The notes under the pieces: generated by a model
What the model was told of the DNA's origin: nothing
The model's input: the letters and a program-made list of their open reading frames with translations, nothing else
Database searches by the model: none
From: Eledone cirrhosa
Taxonomy: Eukaryota
Direction of reading: 5' to 3'
NCBI GenBank assembly: GCA_964016885.1
Contig: OZ024746.1
Location: 12,152,001-12,216,000, forward strand
Length of the DNA stretch: 64,000 nt
Shown: piece by piece, positions 13,420 to 26,150 of the stretch
How the letters are laid out: each line of letters begins with the position of its first letter
How positions within the stretch are numbered: the stretch's first letter is position 1
Made by a program: the position numbers and the translations under genes

Positions 13420-14130
13420 TGATCACTCTATGTGTAGTTTCCAGTAGGTATATTGGGGTTGTACCAAGCAGAGTGTAATATATAATAATAAAAAGGATGA
13501 GTTGTTAGATCTTCATTACATTTAGAAGTTCAATGAGCTTTTGATTCCAGCGTCGGGCCTGATTGATACAGATCGGGTCTTGAGCTGATTAATCGCAAAA
13601 TGCATGTCACACCACCCTTTGGGCGGTTTTCTGCTAGCATGTGTAGTGTGCATATTGATATTATACGCAAATATACATGCATTTAGATATGATATGTAAA
13701 ATAAAATCTTAATTGACAATATGCACAGAAATTGAAGAGAGACTGTGTTACACTCTCTTCTGTAATCAGTAAAGTAATCCATGATACATTTAAAAAAGAC
13801 GATATTAAATATAAACTGCATTACTGAGAAATGTTATGAAAATGAAAAAGGAGAAAATGAGATTAGCAAGGAAATATAAACGTTATGTAATGATATATCA
13901 ACGTTTATATTAGTGTACGGCAAAGCATTATGATATAACGGACGCTAACTGGAAGTGTTGACATTTGTGAATCTTAAAATAAGCAATACATTAGATATAA
14001 GAATATTTATGTTTAATCAAGAGCTAAGAAATTTAGTAGATAAATTACATAATATTCATTCATAATTTATTCAACTTATTTTAATAATGTGCTCAGCAAA
14101 AAATATCCCTGACACGGTCTCACAGTTATA
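13418..14130 (-). mobile_element. Probable Penelope-like 3' UTR/terminus inserted in (TA)n
   Basis: Shares tataagtg terminus and aagcagagtgta motif with hammerhead-bearing elements at 31630, 50825 and 52157; degenerate hammerhead scaffold at 13517-13604. Confidence 0.5.
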
Positions 14131-14175
14131 TATATATATATATATAAGTGGTTACACAACAGTTAGTTCACCATA

Positions 14176-15044
14176 CCGAGGTGCGGACGATATTTGTTCG
14201 CAAGATTACTGTCTAGGAAAAAATAACACAGTAGTTTTATTTTTTAAGATATATTTATCAAACTTGGGTTAGTTTGTTTTCATGACTTGTTCTTTTGATC
14301 TCACTCGATAAACCCGCCATTGGCTTTGATGACGGCCTCAAGGAGGCCTTGGAACCAGCTACAAGCCTTTGTCACTGTCCCCCGACTTAGGCCCCTAAAG
14401 GCACTTCAGATCGTCTTTCGTATTGCAGCTAGATCTGTTGGTGTCTCGTTCCACAGCGCCCCACACAAAGAAGTCGAGGGGGTTGCTGTCAGGCGAGCTG
14501 GGAGGCCAGATGTCAGGTGAAGTGTGGTCGATGAAGTTCTCTGACAGCCAGGCTTGGGTCTTTCGGCTGGTATGGCAGGGCGCTGAGTCTTGATGCCACA
14601 CATACGGCCTACCTGCAGCTACCTGGTCGATCCAAGGCTTTACTACCTCGCTCAGAACGCGGATGTAGCCATCGGTGTTCAGCTTGAGGTCCTCAGGGAA
14701 GAAGTGAGGTGGCATGACGTCACCTTGACTGCTGACGACACCTAAGACCAATGTTGTCGCTGGAAACTCTGGGCACGTCTTTGGATGAGACAGCGAGCCA
14801 CCTGTTGTTCTGGGAGTTGATCTTCTGGCCTTATTTGTCCTCCTGGCGCGGATTCCAAGAAGAACTCCGTGTCTCTTCCACAAATTTGGAGGTTCAAAAT
14901 TATTCATAATCAATTATTCTGAAAATAAATAATGGAAATATAGTCACTGTTTTTATGAAGACAAGAGTGACAACCAACGGAAGTAAAAAAAATTTGCATA
15001 AAATTAGCAGTTGAAAATGGGCAACAAATATCGTCCACACCCTG
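14176..15044 (-). mobile_element. Internally deleted Tc1/mariner transposon, DD37D (maT) family
   Basis: TA target duplication; TIRs ccgaggtgcggacgatatttgtt / aacaaatatcgtccacaccctg; ORF 14395-14913 has QDSAPCH...WPPSSPDSNPLDFFVW with 37 residues between the 2nd and 3rd D. Confidence 0.92.
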
Positions 15045-15077
<33 letters not shown>

Positions 15078-15284
15078 ATATATATGTATATATATATATG
15101 TGTGTGTGTATGTATATATACAGTATTTACGTATCGAGAAAGAGAAAGAAGGGGAGGATAGGTGATACATATAGTTATTTGCCAAGTAGCGTATGCCAAA
15201 GGTGCTCGATACTAGAGCCGGCAGTATTAAATATTCGAAGTGTTAATATTTAGTGGGCTAGAGAGTTAGCAGAGCGTAAGCACG

Positions 15285-15380
15285 TGGGAAAGTAAAAATT
15301 CGGAGAATAGACCGTTAAAACATGTTTATTTAAAATAAACATGTTTTAACGGTCTATTCTCCGATTTTTTTACTTTCCCA
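15285..15380. repeat. Near-perfect palindrome with about 47-bp arms
   Basis: tgggaaagtaaaaattcggagaatagaccgttaaaacatgtttattt-a-aaataaacatgttttaacggtctattctccgattttttt actttccca. Confidence 0.95.
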
Positions 15381-15802
15381 TATGTATATATATATATATA
15401 TGTGTGTATATATATATGTGTGTGTATATATATATGTATATATATGTATATATTATATATAAATATGTATATATTATATATATATATATGTGTGTGTGTG
15501 TGTATATATATATGTATATATATGTATATATTATATGTATATATATATGTGTGTGTATATGTGTGTGTATATATGTATTTATATGTGTGTGTATATATAT
15601 GTATATATATATATGTGTATATATATGTGTATATATGTGTATATATATGTGTATATATGTGTATATATATGTGTATATATGTGTATATATATGTGTATAT
15701 ATATGTGTATATATATATATATATATGTGTATATATATATATATATATGTGTATATATATGTGTATATATATATATATATATGTGTATATATATGTGTAT
15801 AT

Positions 15803-15846
<44 letters not shown>

Positions 15847-15897
15847 GTGCATATATACATATATCTATGTATATATATATATATGTATACACACACA
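15381..15897. repeat. Compound (TA)n/(TG)n microsatellite
   Basis: About 500 bp of TA/TG dinucleotides; source of the YIYI/VCVY ORFs. Confidence 0.97.
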
Positions 15898-15994
15898 TTG
15901 GTATCTACAGTTATTCAGTACAGTATATATCGTTTCCAGAATATATATTTACATTGGTTGAAAAACTTTGTTATATCTTTTTGTTTATTGTCAG

Positions 15995-16081
15995 TATTTA
16001 CACGACATCCTGGATGCTTTGTTTGACATGTTCTGTACAGAATCTTTGGAAAAACATAATCAACTTATATTTGATGCTTTG
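15995..16081 (+). CDS. DOCK3/4-like exon H
   Basis: tcag|...|gtaagt; [29 protein letters not shown] (cf. FLQDILDTLF). Confidence 0.94.
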
Positions 16082-16232
16082 GTAAGTAGAAAAGTAAAGT
16101 TTATTTAAACTTCTGTAAAAGAGAAATATTTTCTTGTTCTCAGAAATTGTATATCTGTTTGCCTGCACCCCCATTTTTTTCTCATATATAAGTGTGTGAG
16201 TTTCACATCTGTTTTTCCATGGTGGGCTGGAT

Positions 16233-16334
16233 TACACAGGTTTTCATAGTGATCTGAGTGAGGCTAAACAGGTCAGATGACCATATCTTGCTCATCATTT
16301 CATTTTGGCATGAATTATATGGCTAAATGCCCTT

Positions 16335-16389
<55 letters not shown>

Positions 16390-16670
16390 ATATATAAATA
16401 AATAATGTACGAAGCCAAATTTTCAGCTTTTTGAAGCACTGAGAATATATATATGAGTATAAAGAAAGTGCTCAAGCGCAGAAATGCTATAAAGATAGTT
16501 TATAAAATAGGGTGAACACCCTATTGTAAAGTGGTTGGTGATAGGAAGGGCATCTAGTTATAGAAAGCTTGGGAGGACTCTTCAGTTATGCCAAAGACAT
16601 GACAACCTTCTTAGTGTTGGTGTCACAAAAAAAGCACTTGGTAGCACGTGGGATGATATGTATGCAAGAG
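16233..16670 (+). repeat. Local duplication, copy 1 (of 18738-19170)
   Basis: Near-identical about 430 bp from tacacaggtt.tcatagtgatctgagtgagg to gtatgcaagagc; differs in TA length and a 15-bp indel. Confidence 0.92.
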
Positions 16671-17049
16671 CTTTGCTAGCAGGAATATTCAATAGCTAAC
16701 CAATCTATAGAGTGTACTGAGTTCATTATAAAGCCCCCCCCCCCCCCCCGCTAAAAATGTATTTTCTACTTTACATTATGTCCATTATTTCAAGGCAAAT
16801 GTATGATTAGAAGGGGAGTAATGGAAGAGGTGAGCGTAATAAAAGCAGAGTGATAGCATGGTTGGGGGAGATGGGGGCGGTGGTAGTTACATTTTGTTGG
16901 TGTATTTGCCACACAGTTAGTCTACCTGATATTTCTTGTGTGTCTAGAGTGCATACTTGGTACACTATATGGAATTTCTACAACTCCTTTTCTGCATATT
17001 AAGCATGTTAAGTTCCATAATGGTATCAGGGTCTTATATTCTTTCCTAC

Positions 17050-17850
17050 TTAATAAAACTTTAGGTTTTGTTAAGTTTACTTTGACATCTTTTGATGTTA
17101 GCTTTTGTTTCCATGTCTAGAATTTCTACATATTCTGTTATAAGGGCTAAGTCATCAACATACAGGTGTTCCCATGGACCACTGGTTATAAATTCTTCTG
17201 TTATGGCCTGCTGAACTATGATAAACAGGAAAGAACTGAGAGTTGATCCTTCAAGTTAAATTTGTCACTGATCTCATTGCTGAATTTCATTTTGCTGACT
17301 GCACCTTTGTGTATGGTTTGTACACCTTTAACAAACCCTTTATTTATTCCTAGCTTAATTAGTGAACACCAGATTACAAAATGTAGGACTCTGTTAAAAG
17401 CCTTCTCCATGTTAATGAAAACTAAGTATAAAGCTTAGTTAAGTATTTTACCTGCAGTTTTTTCAATTGAAAGATGATATCAGAAGTACTTCTCTCCAGC
17501 TTAAAGTTGAACTGTATCTCACCAAGGCTACTTCTGCTCTCCATAACTCTTTCTGTAACTTTCATGACCTGGTCCAATAGTTTGATGCATCTGTAATTGT
17601 GTGCCTCTAGTGCCTCTTCCTTGCCCTTATAGCAGTTGATGCTGCTGCTGATACACCATACATTGTGATGCCTCCTTGTACCACCTGACTAACCATCTGT
17701 ATGCTACTTCTCCAGATAATTTAATCACCTCAGCAACTATTGTTGATTGAAAAGCTTCCTGCCTTCGTACCCTTAATTGTACTTGCTACCATACTACTGC
17801 CTACTTGTATTGCTTGCTGACCCCTTTATTGAATCTATTTGGGGTTGACT
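17050..17850 (-). mobile_element. RTE-clade LINE reverse transcriptase fragment
   Basis: Minus strand NYRCIKLLDQ, MEKAFNRV...IWCSLIKLG, LYVDDL (YADD-like); frameshifted. Confidence 0.8.
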
Positions 17851-17923
17851 ATAGCTCTCTCTCTTCCATGCATTCTCCTTATTCATATATATTCATATAT
17901 ATATATATTTATTTTCTTTACAG

Positions 17924-18024
17924 ATCCATGTTTTCTTTTTGTTAACAAACAATATTTACAAACAATATGTTCCTGGCTTCCAATCCTACATCACAGACAC
18001 CTTTTCCTCACCTTCAGTGTATAG
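17924..18024 (+). CDS. DOCK3/4-like exon I
   Basis: acag|...|gtaagt; IHVFFLLTNNIYKQYVPGFQSYITDTFSSPSVY(R); phase 0-2 fits its neighbours. Confidence 0.88.
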
Positions 18025-18520
18025 GTAAGTTATTTACAACATTCAAGTCCTCTCCTTAAAAACCTGCTACATCAAAATGTTTATCATTCACTTCATTTCC
18101 TTATAAATGTTGCTTCCAAATATATATTTATTTTTCTTATAGAAGTTAGACAAATGAAATAGAGCAAATCTCATTTTCCCCTCATTTAATTATCTGACAT
18201 GGGTATGCAAACATGTGCACACAAGCACACCCACATGTGCACACAAGCACACCCACATGTGCACACAAGCACTCACATACACTCTTTCTCGCTGTTTATC
18301 TCTTTCTGTCACACACTTTCATAATTCGTTTTATATCAACCATCAGGTAAAACTTGTATTGCAAATAACTTATCAATATAAAATAAATTATCTCACTTTA
18401 TACTATGTATAGAGGTCTGTATGAGATTATGTTTGCAATATGGAAAACATATTGAGATGTTGCAACTGAGTGATTTGTTGGTATTTTGTAGTCTCCAATC
18501 TACCACTGTTTCTATTTTAG

Positions 18521-18602
18521 ATATCTTCTGTACTGTTTGAAAAATAATCTTGATAGAATAATTGATGGTGGTCAAGAGAGAATATTAAAAGAGATGTTAA
18601 AG
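18521..18602 (+). CDS. DOCK3/4-like exon J
   Basis: ttag|...|gtcagt; YLLYCLKNNLDRIIDGGQERILKEMLK; phase 2-0. Confidence 0.87.
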
Positions 18603-18737
18603 GTCAGTATCTTTATTTGTTTTACTCATTCTCTTTTAGTGATCATCCAGTATTTTTCTTAACTTGGATAAGATTCTTTTAGTACATAAAATAGTCACTC
18701 ATATCTATTCTACATAGACACAGATACATACATGTAT

Positions 18738-18841
18738 TACACAGGTTTCCATAGTGATCTGAGTGAGGCTAAACAGGTCAGATGACCATAGCTTGCTCAT
18801 CATTTCATTTTGGAATGAATTATATGGCTAAATGCCCTTCC

Positions 18842-18872
<31 letters not shown>

Positions 18873-19170
18873 ATATATAAATAAATAATGTACGAAGCCA
18901 AATTTTCAGCTTTTTGAAGCACTGAGAATATATATATGAGCATAAAGAAAGTGTTCAAGCGCGGAAATGCTATAAAGATAGTTTATAAAATAGGGTGAAC
19001 ACCCTATTGTAAAGTGGTTGGTGATGGGAAGGGCATCTAGTTATAGAAAGCTTGCCAAACAAAGGGTTGGGAGGACTCTTCAGTTATGCCAAAGACATGA
19101 CAACCTTCTTAGTGTTGGTGTCACAAAAAATGCACTTGGTAGCACGTGGGATCATATGTATGCAAGAGCC
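18738..19170 (+). repeat. Local duplication, copy 2 (of 16233-16670)
   Basis: See copy 1; retains ccaaacaaagggttg, which copy 1 lacks. Confidence 0.92.
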
Positions 19171-20914
19171 TACCCTTGTGTAATTCTACACAATGTGGAC
19201 TGCCTCAAGTGTGAGTGTGTGTCTGTGAAACATATACACACCAGGTCCAAACACAAAGGAACCAAACACCCACTGTCATTGCCTCTGTCTCTCCCACTCT
19301 CCCCATCTCTCACTATTACGAGCAATTGGAGGCCCACACACTGGCCACTCCATGGCCCTGGCAGACAGAATAGTAAAGGTGTGTTACTTTTCATCTTTTC
19401 TACTATGTCACCTGTATCTTTTTACACATGTCATACAGATTTCTAAAGTCTTGTTTTTGTATTTCATTCTTTATATATATTTATCATTTTGCTTATAGAG
19501 GAATTACTGAAAAACATAGGATTCTAGATTGCTTGCTTTTAAATTAATGACAACCACTGGAGAATGTGTAGTTGTGGTGCTGATCATGTCACTGAATGGC
19601 AGAATCTCAGATGTTAAAACTGAATTTTAAAATATAAAAAAAATGAGAGCTCTCTACAGCTTCAAAAACTGGCTGAATGTATATACTTTTAATACAAATA
19701 ATAATTTTAAAAAAACAACTTTCAAATACTTTTTTATAGTTTTAATGAAAAAAATAGAAAAAAAAAATGTTAAAAGATTTATTTATAGTTTTAAAAGGGG
19801 TATTAACCATTTAAAAAAAATTGTTTATTAAGATATTGAATTTACATGAATATTTTTTATTGTCATTTATTTAAATTAAATAAATAAATAAATTTGTTTT
19901 GTCAAATAAACACCTATTTGAAAACTATAAATAATTCTCTTTTAAAAATGTTTCTTTTTTTTTCTATTATTTTCTTAAAATTATAAATACCTTTTTAAGA
20001 ACATTTTATTACCATTAATGTTTTGTCCTGAAGTACATATTTAGATAATTTTTGAAGCTACCAGTGTCCTCCTCCTCCTCCCCCTCTTCCCCCTCTTCCC
20101 CCTCTTCCCCCTCATCCTCCTCCTTTACTTCATTTATATCTTGTCAACACAAATTATTTTTTTGCCATCAGGTCACTTGTGATTCCTGGTGACTTTCTTC
20201 ACAAGTGTTTTGGACTTAGCAATGGAGTTTTCATGGGAAAATAAAATGGTGGTTTTTTTGTTGCTTTCCTTTGGGTATTTTTAGAAAACACCCTCTTGTT
20301 GACTGAATATAGAGAAGCTGGCCACACCTACCTATGCAACCAGAATGTAAAGAGTTTGATAAAATACTACAGACATTTTGTCCAAAGCTCTAATAATTGC
20401 ACCAATCCACTGCTTTGGACTGATTCTTTAATTTATTGACTCCAGAGGATTGAAATTTATCTTCAGCGCTGAATATAAGTTAAAAAGGATAAAGATCCTA
20501 TAACTCCTTATGGAGTCATAGAGGCACTGTCATATGGTGGGTCTAGGGCACTTTTAAACTTGACGGAGCCCAACCCTCTCCAGGTCTGAACACAACTGAT
20601 TTTTTCTACAGAGGAAGAATGGACCCCAGTACTGGTACTTCTTTTTTTTTATCAACCTCAAAAGGATGAAAAGCAAAGTTGACCACAGCAGGATTTGAAC
20701 TCAGTGCGTACAAAGAGGTAGGATGAATACCAGAAAGTATTCTATCTGACATCTTTACGATTCTGTCAATTTGCCACCTTACTGAATATATGCAAGACAT
20801 TTTGTTCAAGGATTTAAGGATTTTGTCAATTTGCTAACTTGAGAATTATTGATCTTCTCTAATTCTAGAGATTATTTTAAAATTTCTCAACAATGTTTTT
20901 TTTCTCCCTTTCAG

Positions 20915-20967
20915 GTGTTTAATTACCTGTTTCAGTTTATTGTCCAGTCCAAATTGTTATTTAACAG
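20915..20967 (+). CDS. DOCK3/4-like exon K
   Basis: tcag|...|gtattt; VFNYLFQFIVQSKLLFN(R) (cf. LEYLFKFIVQSRILYSR). Confidence 0.94.
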
Positions 20968-21495
20968 GTATTTAATATCTATCTTCATGTTTTTTATTGT
21001 TCAAACTATTAATAATATTTATTTAAAAACTGTAGTTGTGTAGGTGACACAACAAAAAGCACCCAGCATCCATTGTAAATGTGGTTGGCATTAGGAAGGG
21101 CACTCAGCTGTAGAAACCAAGCCAAAATTTTCCCCGGGTGAGCTAAACATGGTCCTCTGACCTGATTTTCTCCCTAAGGGTCAACCCGTCCTACCCATGC
21201 TAGTGTGGAAGATGGATGTTAAACGATGATGATGATGATATATATATGTATATATATATATGATATATATATATGAGAGAGACATAGAGAGAGTGGTGTG
21301 TTCATGCCCGGAGATGCTATAAAATAGTTTATAAAATAGTGAAGACCTTTAAAGATGGAAAAAGAAGTTGCCATATATGTACCCTGTACTACAGAATATA
21401 TCAATAGATGTTAGCCAACATTTGTTATGTGTGAGGGATTTGTTGTGTTCACAATAGACATATGTGTTATTTGAAGAAATTTATTCCTATTTCAG

Positions 21496-21604
21496 AGCAT
21501 ACACCGTTGAAGAAAATGATGACTTTCCTCGGCTCATTTATTTAGTTTTCGAAAAAATGGGCTACCTTGTATCTTTAAATCAAGATAATCTCTCTAGTTG
21601 TCAG
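21496..21604 (+). CDS. DOCK3/4-like exon L
   Basis: tcag|...|gtaatg; AYTVEENDDFPRLIYLVFEKMGYLVSLNQDNLSSCQ. Confidence 0.9.
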
Positions 21605-22317
21605 GTAATGTTGATAATTTTTCATATTAAATTTGTACCTGGTTGTAAATGTATATGTCAGTACTATGCCTGGTGTCAAAATGTCTTAACTATTAAATTA
21701 TAATTTATGCATACACATACACTTATGTATATATGTTGACAAAAATGAAACAAGACAACATAGGGTAGAGAGGATCCTCTGGTCTTATTGAGGATTTGAC
21801 AATACCTCTAGTGTTGGTAACCTGATAAAACCTACATAGTTTACTCTGTAAAGTGGTTGCCAATCAAACAGAGAGGGACAATATAGGATAGAGAGGACTC
21901 TTCAGTCTGGCTGAGTACATGACATGCTGTTGCCATGATAAAATGCATCAACTACATTCTGTAGGAAGGGCATACTGTTGTAAAAAATGTACCAAAACAT
22001 GGAAAGCATGTACAAGACATGGTTGTCTGGTCCATCTAGTCTTATACAGTGATGAATTGTCCAACTAATGCCAACATGGAAAACAGACATAAGACGATGA
22101 TGATGATACATACATTCTAGATGTTGTGGATTTATGTAAACAACCCTGCTGCAAATGTGTAATGACACTTTTTAACAATTCATAGTAAACAATAAAGAAA
22201 TATTTCAAAGTGATGTGTTGTTAATTTGCTAACATGATTCTTCTATAATGTAATTGTTGTGTTTGTGTTTTATTGTACTAAAACAGTGAATGAGGCTAAT
22301 CACCTGTTTTATTTCAG

Positions 22318-22504
22318 ATATTACTGCTGAGTAACATACCCAATACTTATACTTCCCTACTAAAACTGCTGAGTAAGAAAGATTTGACTATATATGTTGT
22401 GAACATTATTAATTTTATGCCGAAAGATCTCTCAGAGTCCCTCTTTAGCAAGAAATTAGAGTTCCTACATGAAACCCTCAAAAGTGAATTAATCTCTGAT
22501 AGAG
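22318..22504 (+). CDS. DOCK3/4-like exon M
   Basis: tcag|...|gtaggt; open 187 nt ILLLSNIPNTYTSLLKLL...KKLEFLHETLKSELISDR; phases fit. Confidence 0.9.
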
Positions 22505-22682
22505 GTAGGTAATTCTAATTATATCACTTCCTTTACACCTTAAAATAATTTAGCATTTGTTAATTTTTAGCAACAGGGCATTGAAATGACTTTCAGTAGA
22601 TTTCTGGAAAAAGGCCTTCCAACTATGACAATTTCATCATTTTTACCAGTATAATGTGTTTCTCAGACTATATTATTTAATG

Positions 22683-22848
22683 CAGGGTTTCCCAAACTTT
22701 TTCAAATGTGGAACCCTTTTTGGTTCAAAAAATTTTGGGGGAACCTCGAAGTCTAATACTGTTATATGGTTGTAATATAAATATACTCCTCTACTTTTTT
22801 CACGGAACCTCTGACACTCCTTTCTGGAACCCACTTTGGGAACCACTG
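22683..22848. mobile_element. hAT-type MITE
   Basis: TIRs cagggtttcccaaa / tttgggaaccactg; imperfect 8-bp TSD atttaatg / ctctaatg. Confidence 0.78.
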
Positions 22849-23688
22849 CTCTAATGTATCCTCTTGTAAATGGTAGGATGTGATTTGAAGGAAATTTGGC
22901 TGTTCTTATTAACAGGTTAAGCAAATGTATAAAACTTTCCTATTTATCTCAGACTCGTCTGTTGATATTTTGTTGGGTTTACATACCATACTGACAATTA
23001 TGTTATTGAATTATATTGATTTCTAATTTAGGCACGTAGCTAGAAAATTTGTGGGAAGGGTAAAGTTGATTAAATCAACCCTAGTACTTGACTGGTATCT
23101 TATATCAAACTCAGAAGAATGAAAGGCAAAGTTGACCGTGACAGGATTTGAACTTAGAAAGTAAAGAGTCAGAAAATTACTGCAATGGCATTTTATCCAA
23201 CACTACCATAATACTTGTTTTGATTTTTGAATGGATGAAACCCATGCAAGCAGGGGAAAAGGAGCATAAAATGATAAGCACAGTGTAAGTCAGTTGCCTT
23301 GACATGGGACCTTGAATAACATTATGATAGTGTAGGTTGGTTCCCTCGATATGGTGCCTTGAATGAAATTATGAGGAGTCTTGATGCAGCTGGTTTCTGA
23401 TCACAATTGGAGCCTGCTGGCCTAGACAGCAGTGATTTCAACTGTCCAGATTGAATAATCCTCCTCCTGTTTGAGGGAGGTACAACTCTAATCTGGGACA
23501 TTGTGTTTCAACACATTCTCCACTTCCAACTTTGTCACTTTGGCTACAAACTCAAATACTCTCATCTGTAATGTGGGGGTGAGGAAGATGCATTATCTCC
23601 ACTTTTTCATTTTCTTTATTATCTTACATTACAGTTCAGTTTTATATTAAGATAAATCTTGTATAAACTATGTTTTCTCCTTCTTCAG

Positions 23689-23816
23689 ATTCTCGTATGA
23701 TGCTGCTGCCACTTTGTATGTCTCAAATCAAACGGTGTTTTATATGTAAGAAATTAAATTCCCTAGCTACTACCATATTGGGTGACATCCTTTGCTTCCT
23801 CCATGCGCTAAAATTA
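23689..23816 (+). CDS. DOCK3/4-like exon N
   Basis: tcag|...|gtaagt; DSRMMLLPLCMSQIKRCFICKKLNSLATTILGDILCFLHALKL (cf. ESRRILLP). Confidence 0.91.
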
Positions 23817-24590
23817 GTAAGTAGAATTTATATTGTTACCTTCTTTATTGTTCTAAACTAACAAATACATTCTTTGGGAGATACTTTTGTTACATGCAGT
23901 AAGAAGTTTAGAGACAAAATTCAATGTCTGTCACTTGAATTCAAATTTCTGTGTGAAAGGCATTGATTACCCTATACAAAATAAAGAAAATGATTATATA
24001 TATATATATATATGTATGTATGTGTGTGTGTATGTATGTATGTATGTATGTATGTATGTATGTGTGTGGGGGGGGGGGGTGCATGGCTTAGTGGTTAGAG
24101 TGGTTGGCTTACAATATATATATATACAGAGAGAGCAAGCAATGAGAGCACTGGCATGCTAATCTAATATAAATGAAGTGATATGTATTGGCAGATAAAG
24201 AAATCTGTTAGAAAACTGGGAGTCAGAGAGCAGAAGAAAGTGATGAAAAACTTTAAAAGATTGTCTGCATGTTTAATGAGGTGTTTTTGAAACATTTACT
24301 TTTTTATAATGTTAAAATTACAAAATTTGAAATTAATGAATTCAGGGATAAATTTCTTCTGTTGATGCCTTCTCTTATTTTCATCAACACCTTTATTAAG
24401 GTTTTTTTTTTTTACTTTATTTTATTTTATTTTTCTATTAAACTCTAGTATGAATGTTTGACTTTTAGTTTTTAGTGTTTGATTTTTAAGACATTTTCTA
24501 ACACATGAAATACAGTGTTTGACAAGGAATGTTAACAGTCTCTGTTTAAAAAGCAGAATTTGTAAAGCATGCATACAGTGTAATGCTATG

Positions 24591-25117
24591 TATATGGGAG
24601 TAAGACATGGGCATTATATATAGAATATATGGGAGTAAGACATGGGCATTATATATAGAATATATGGGAGTAAGACATGGGCATTATATATAGAATATAT
24701 GGGAGTAAGACATGGGCATTATATATAGAATATATGGGAGTAAGACATGGGCATTATATATAGAATATATGGGAGTAAGACATGGGCATTATATATAGAA
24801 TATATGGGAGTAAGACATGGGCATTATATATAGAATATATGGGAGTAAGACACAGGCATTATATATAGAATATATGGGAGTAAGACATGGGCATTATATA
24901 TAGAATATATGGGAGTAAGACATGGGCATTATATATAGAATATATGGGAGTAAGACATGGGCATTATATATAGAATATATGGGAGTAAGACATGGGCATT
25001 ATATATAGAATATATGGGAGTAAGACATGGGCATTATATGTAGAATATATGGGAGTAAGACATGGGCTTTAAATATAGAATATATGGGAGTAAGACATGG
25101 GCTTTAAATATAGAATA
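24591..25117. repeat. 35-bp minisatellite (about 15 copies)
   Basis: unit tatatgggagtaagacatgggcattatatatagaa. Confidence 0.96.
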
Positions 25118-25789
25118 TCTTTAGGGATCTGGAAAGAAATGAGCTGGGTGCAATTCATAAGTTGTGATGAATAAGGATTTCACATTCATGTTGAATAAGA
25201 ATTGGAAGGGAAAGGAGTTGAGAAGGTTAAAGATAAGGTTAGTCTTCTTGATATAGAGAAACAGGTAGCAACAAGGTGTGACTTGGGTTAGTCAAGGTGA
25301 CTGGAGAAGAGTCCAGTAGGCTAGCTATAAGCAGAGATAAAAGACTCACTAAAGGCTGTTGGGTTTCTACAGTTTGGTATGATAATAGTGAGCATATGAG
25401 ATGTGTTTATGATGGAGTTAGGTGGGAGTACAGAGGAAGAGTTTACTACTTTAATGGTTCTGGATAAAGGTTTTTGGTTTTTGTGTGTATGATCTTTGGA
25501 CAGATTGTAGTAAAGCTCTGTTGATGAAACAACTGGAATATTTATTGTCAATGTTGATGTTAGATCCATCATCATATATGCATATGTGTATACAAACATG
25601 ATTTGAAACTTTCTAGTTGTTGATGAAACACTACAGCTGTCAGCAATCTCTGGTGTCTGCTCTATAGCAATATTATTTCCTATGTACTTTTTGTATGTTC
25701 ACTGTATTTCTGCTTGGATTCTTTTTCATGGGTTTGAAAACTTTATTTTTAACTATATCTTATTCATTTATTGAACTATTACATTTCAG

Positions 25790-25882
25790 AAAGATCCTGA
25801 CTTCGTATATGAAGAAATCCGTATTGTTATAACAGCTATTTTTCAAGTAGTACTAAAAGCCATTGATATTTGTGATATTTCC
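25790..25882 (+). CDS. DOCK3/4-like exon O
   Basis: tcag|...|gtgagt; KDPDFVYEEIRIVITAIFQVVLKAIDICDIS. Confidence 0.87.
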
Positions 25883-25949
25883 GTGAGTATTTATCCAACT
25901 GTTTATTTTCTCTTTTATAATGTGAAGTGATAGCTTTCTTTTTAAACTC

Positions 25950-26150
25950 ACTGAGGTCTTGGCAGTGGAGACTTCTGGTGTGCTCGGCCCTAGGGCTATC
26001 TATCTGCCTACTCACCACCATAGGCGCTGAGCTGGCCAACCGCAGATGTGAGCCTCGCAAGCTGGGATTGCTTTTCCAGAGCGTCTCCTTTGCCGTCCTC
26101 CAGGGAAACGCCTTCTCCATTCTGTCCGCCGGGGCTGTGGGAAGGCCACC
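25950..26150 (+). mobile_element. C-terminal restriction-like endonuclease fragment of an RLE-type non-LTR retrotransposon
   Basis: LAVETSGVLGP, then after a frameshift IG..L.....E.R....LFQSVSFAVLQGNAFSIL; GC-rich island. Confidence 0.72.

Noticed and set aside
15326-16085. Many overlapping YIYI/VCVY ORFs
   Set aside because: Dinucleotide microsatellite translations
19499-19560. Possible exon ELLKNIGF
   Set aside because: Stops in the required phase; exon J at 18521 already fills this position
24591-25117. 35-bp repeat array as a possible CRISPR
   Set aside because: Head-to-tail tandem repeats without unique spacers; eukaryotic intron; no cas genes
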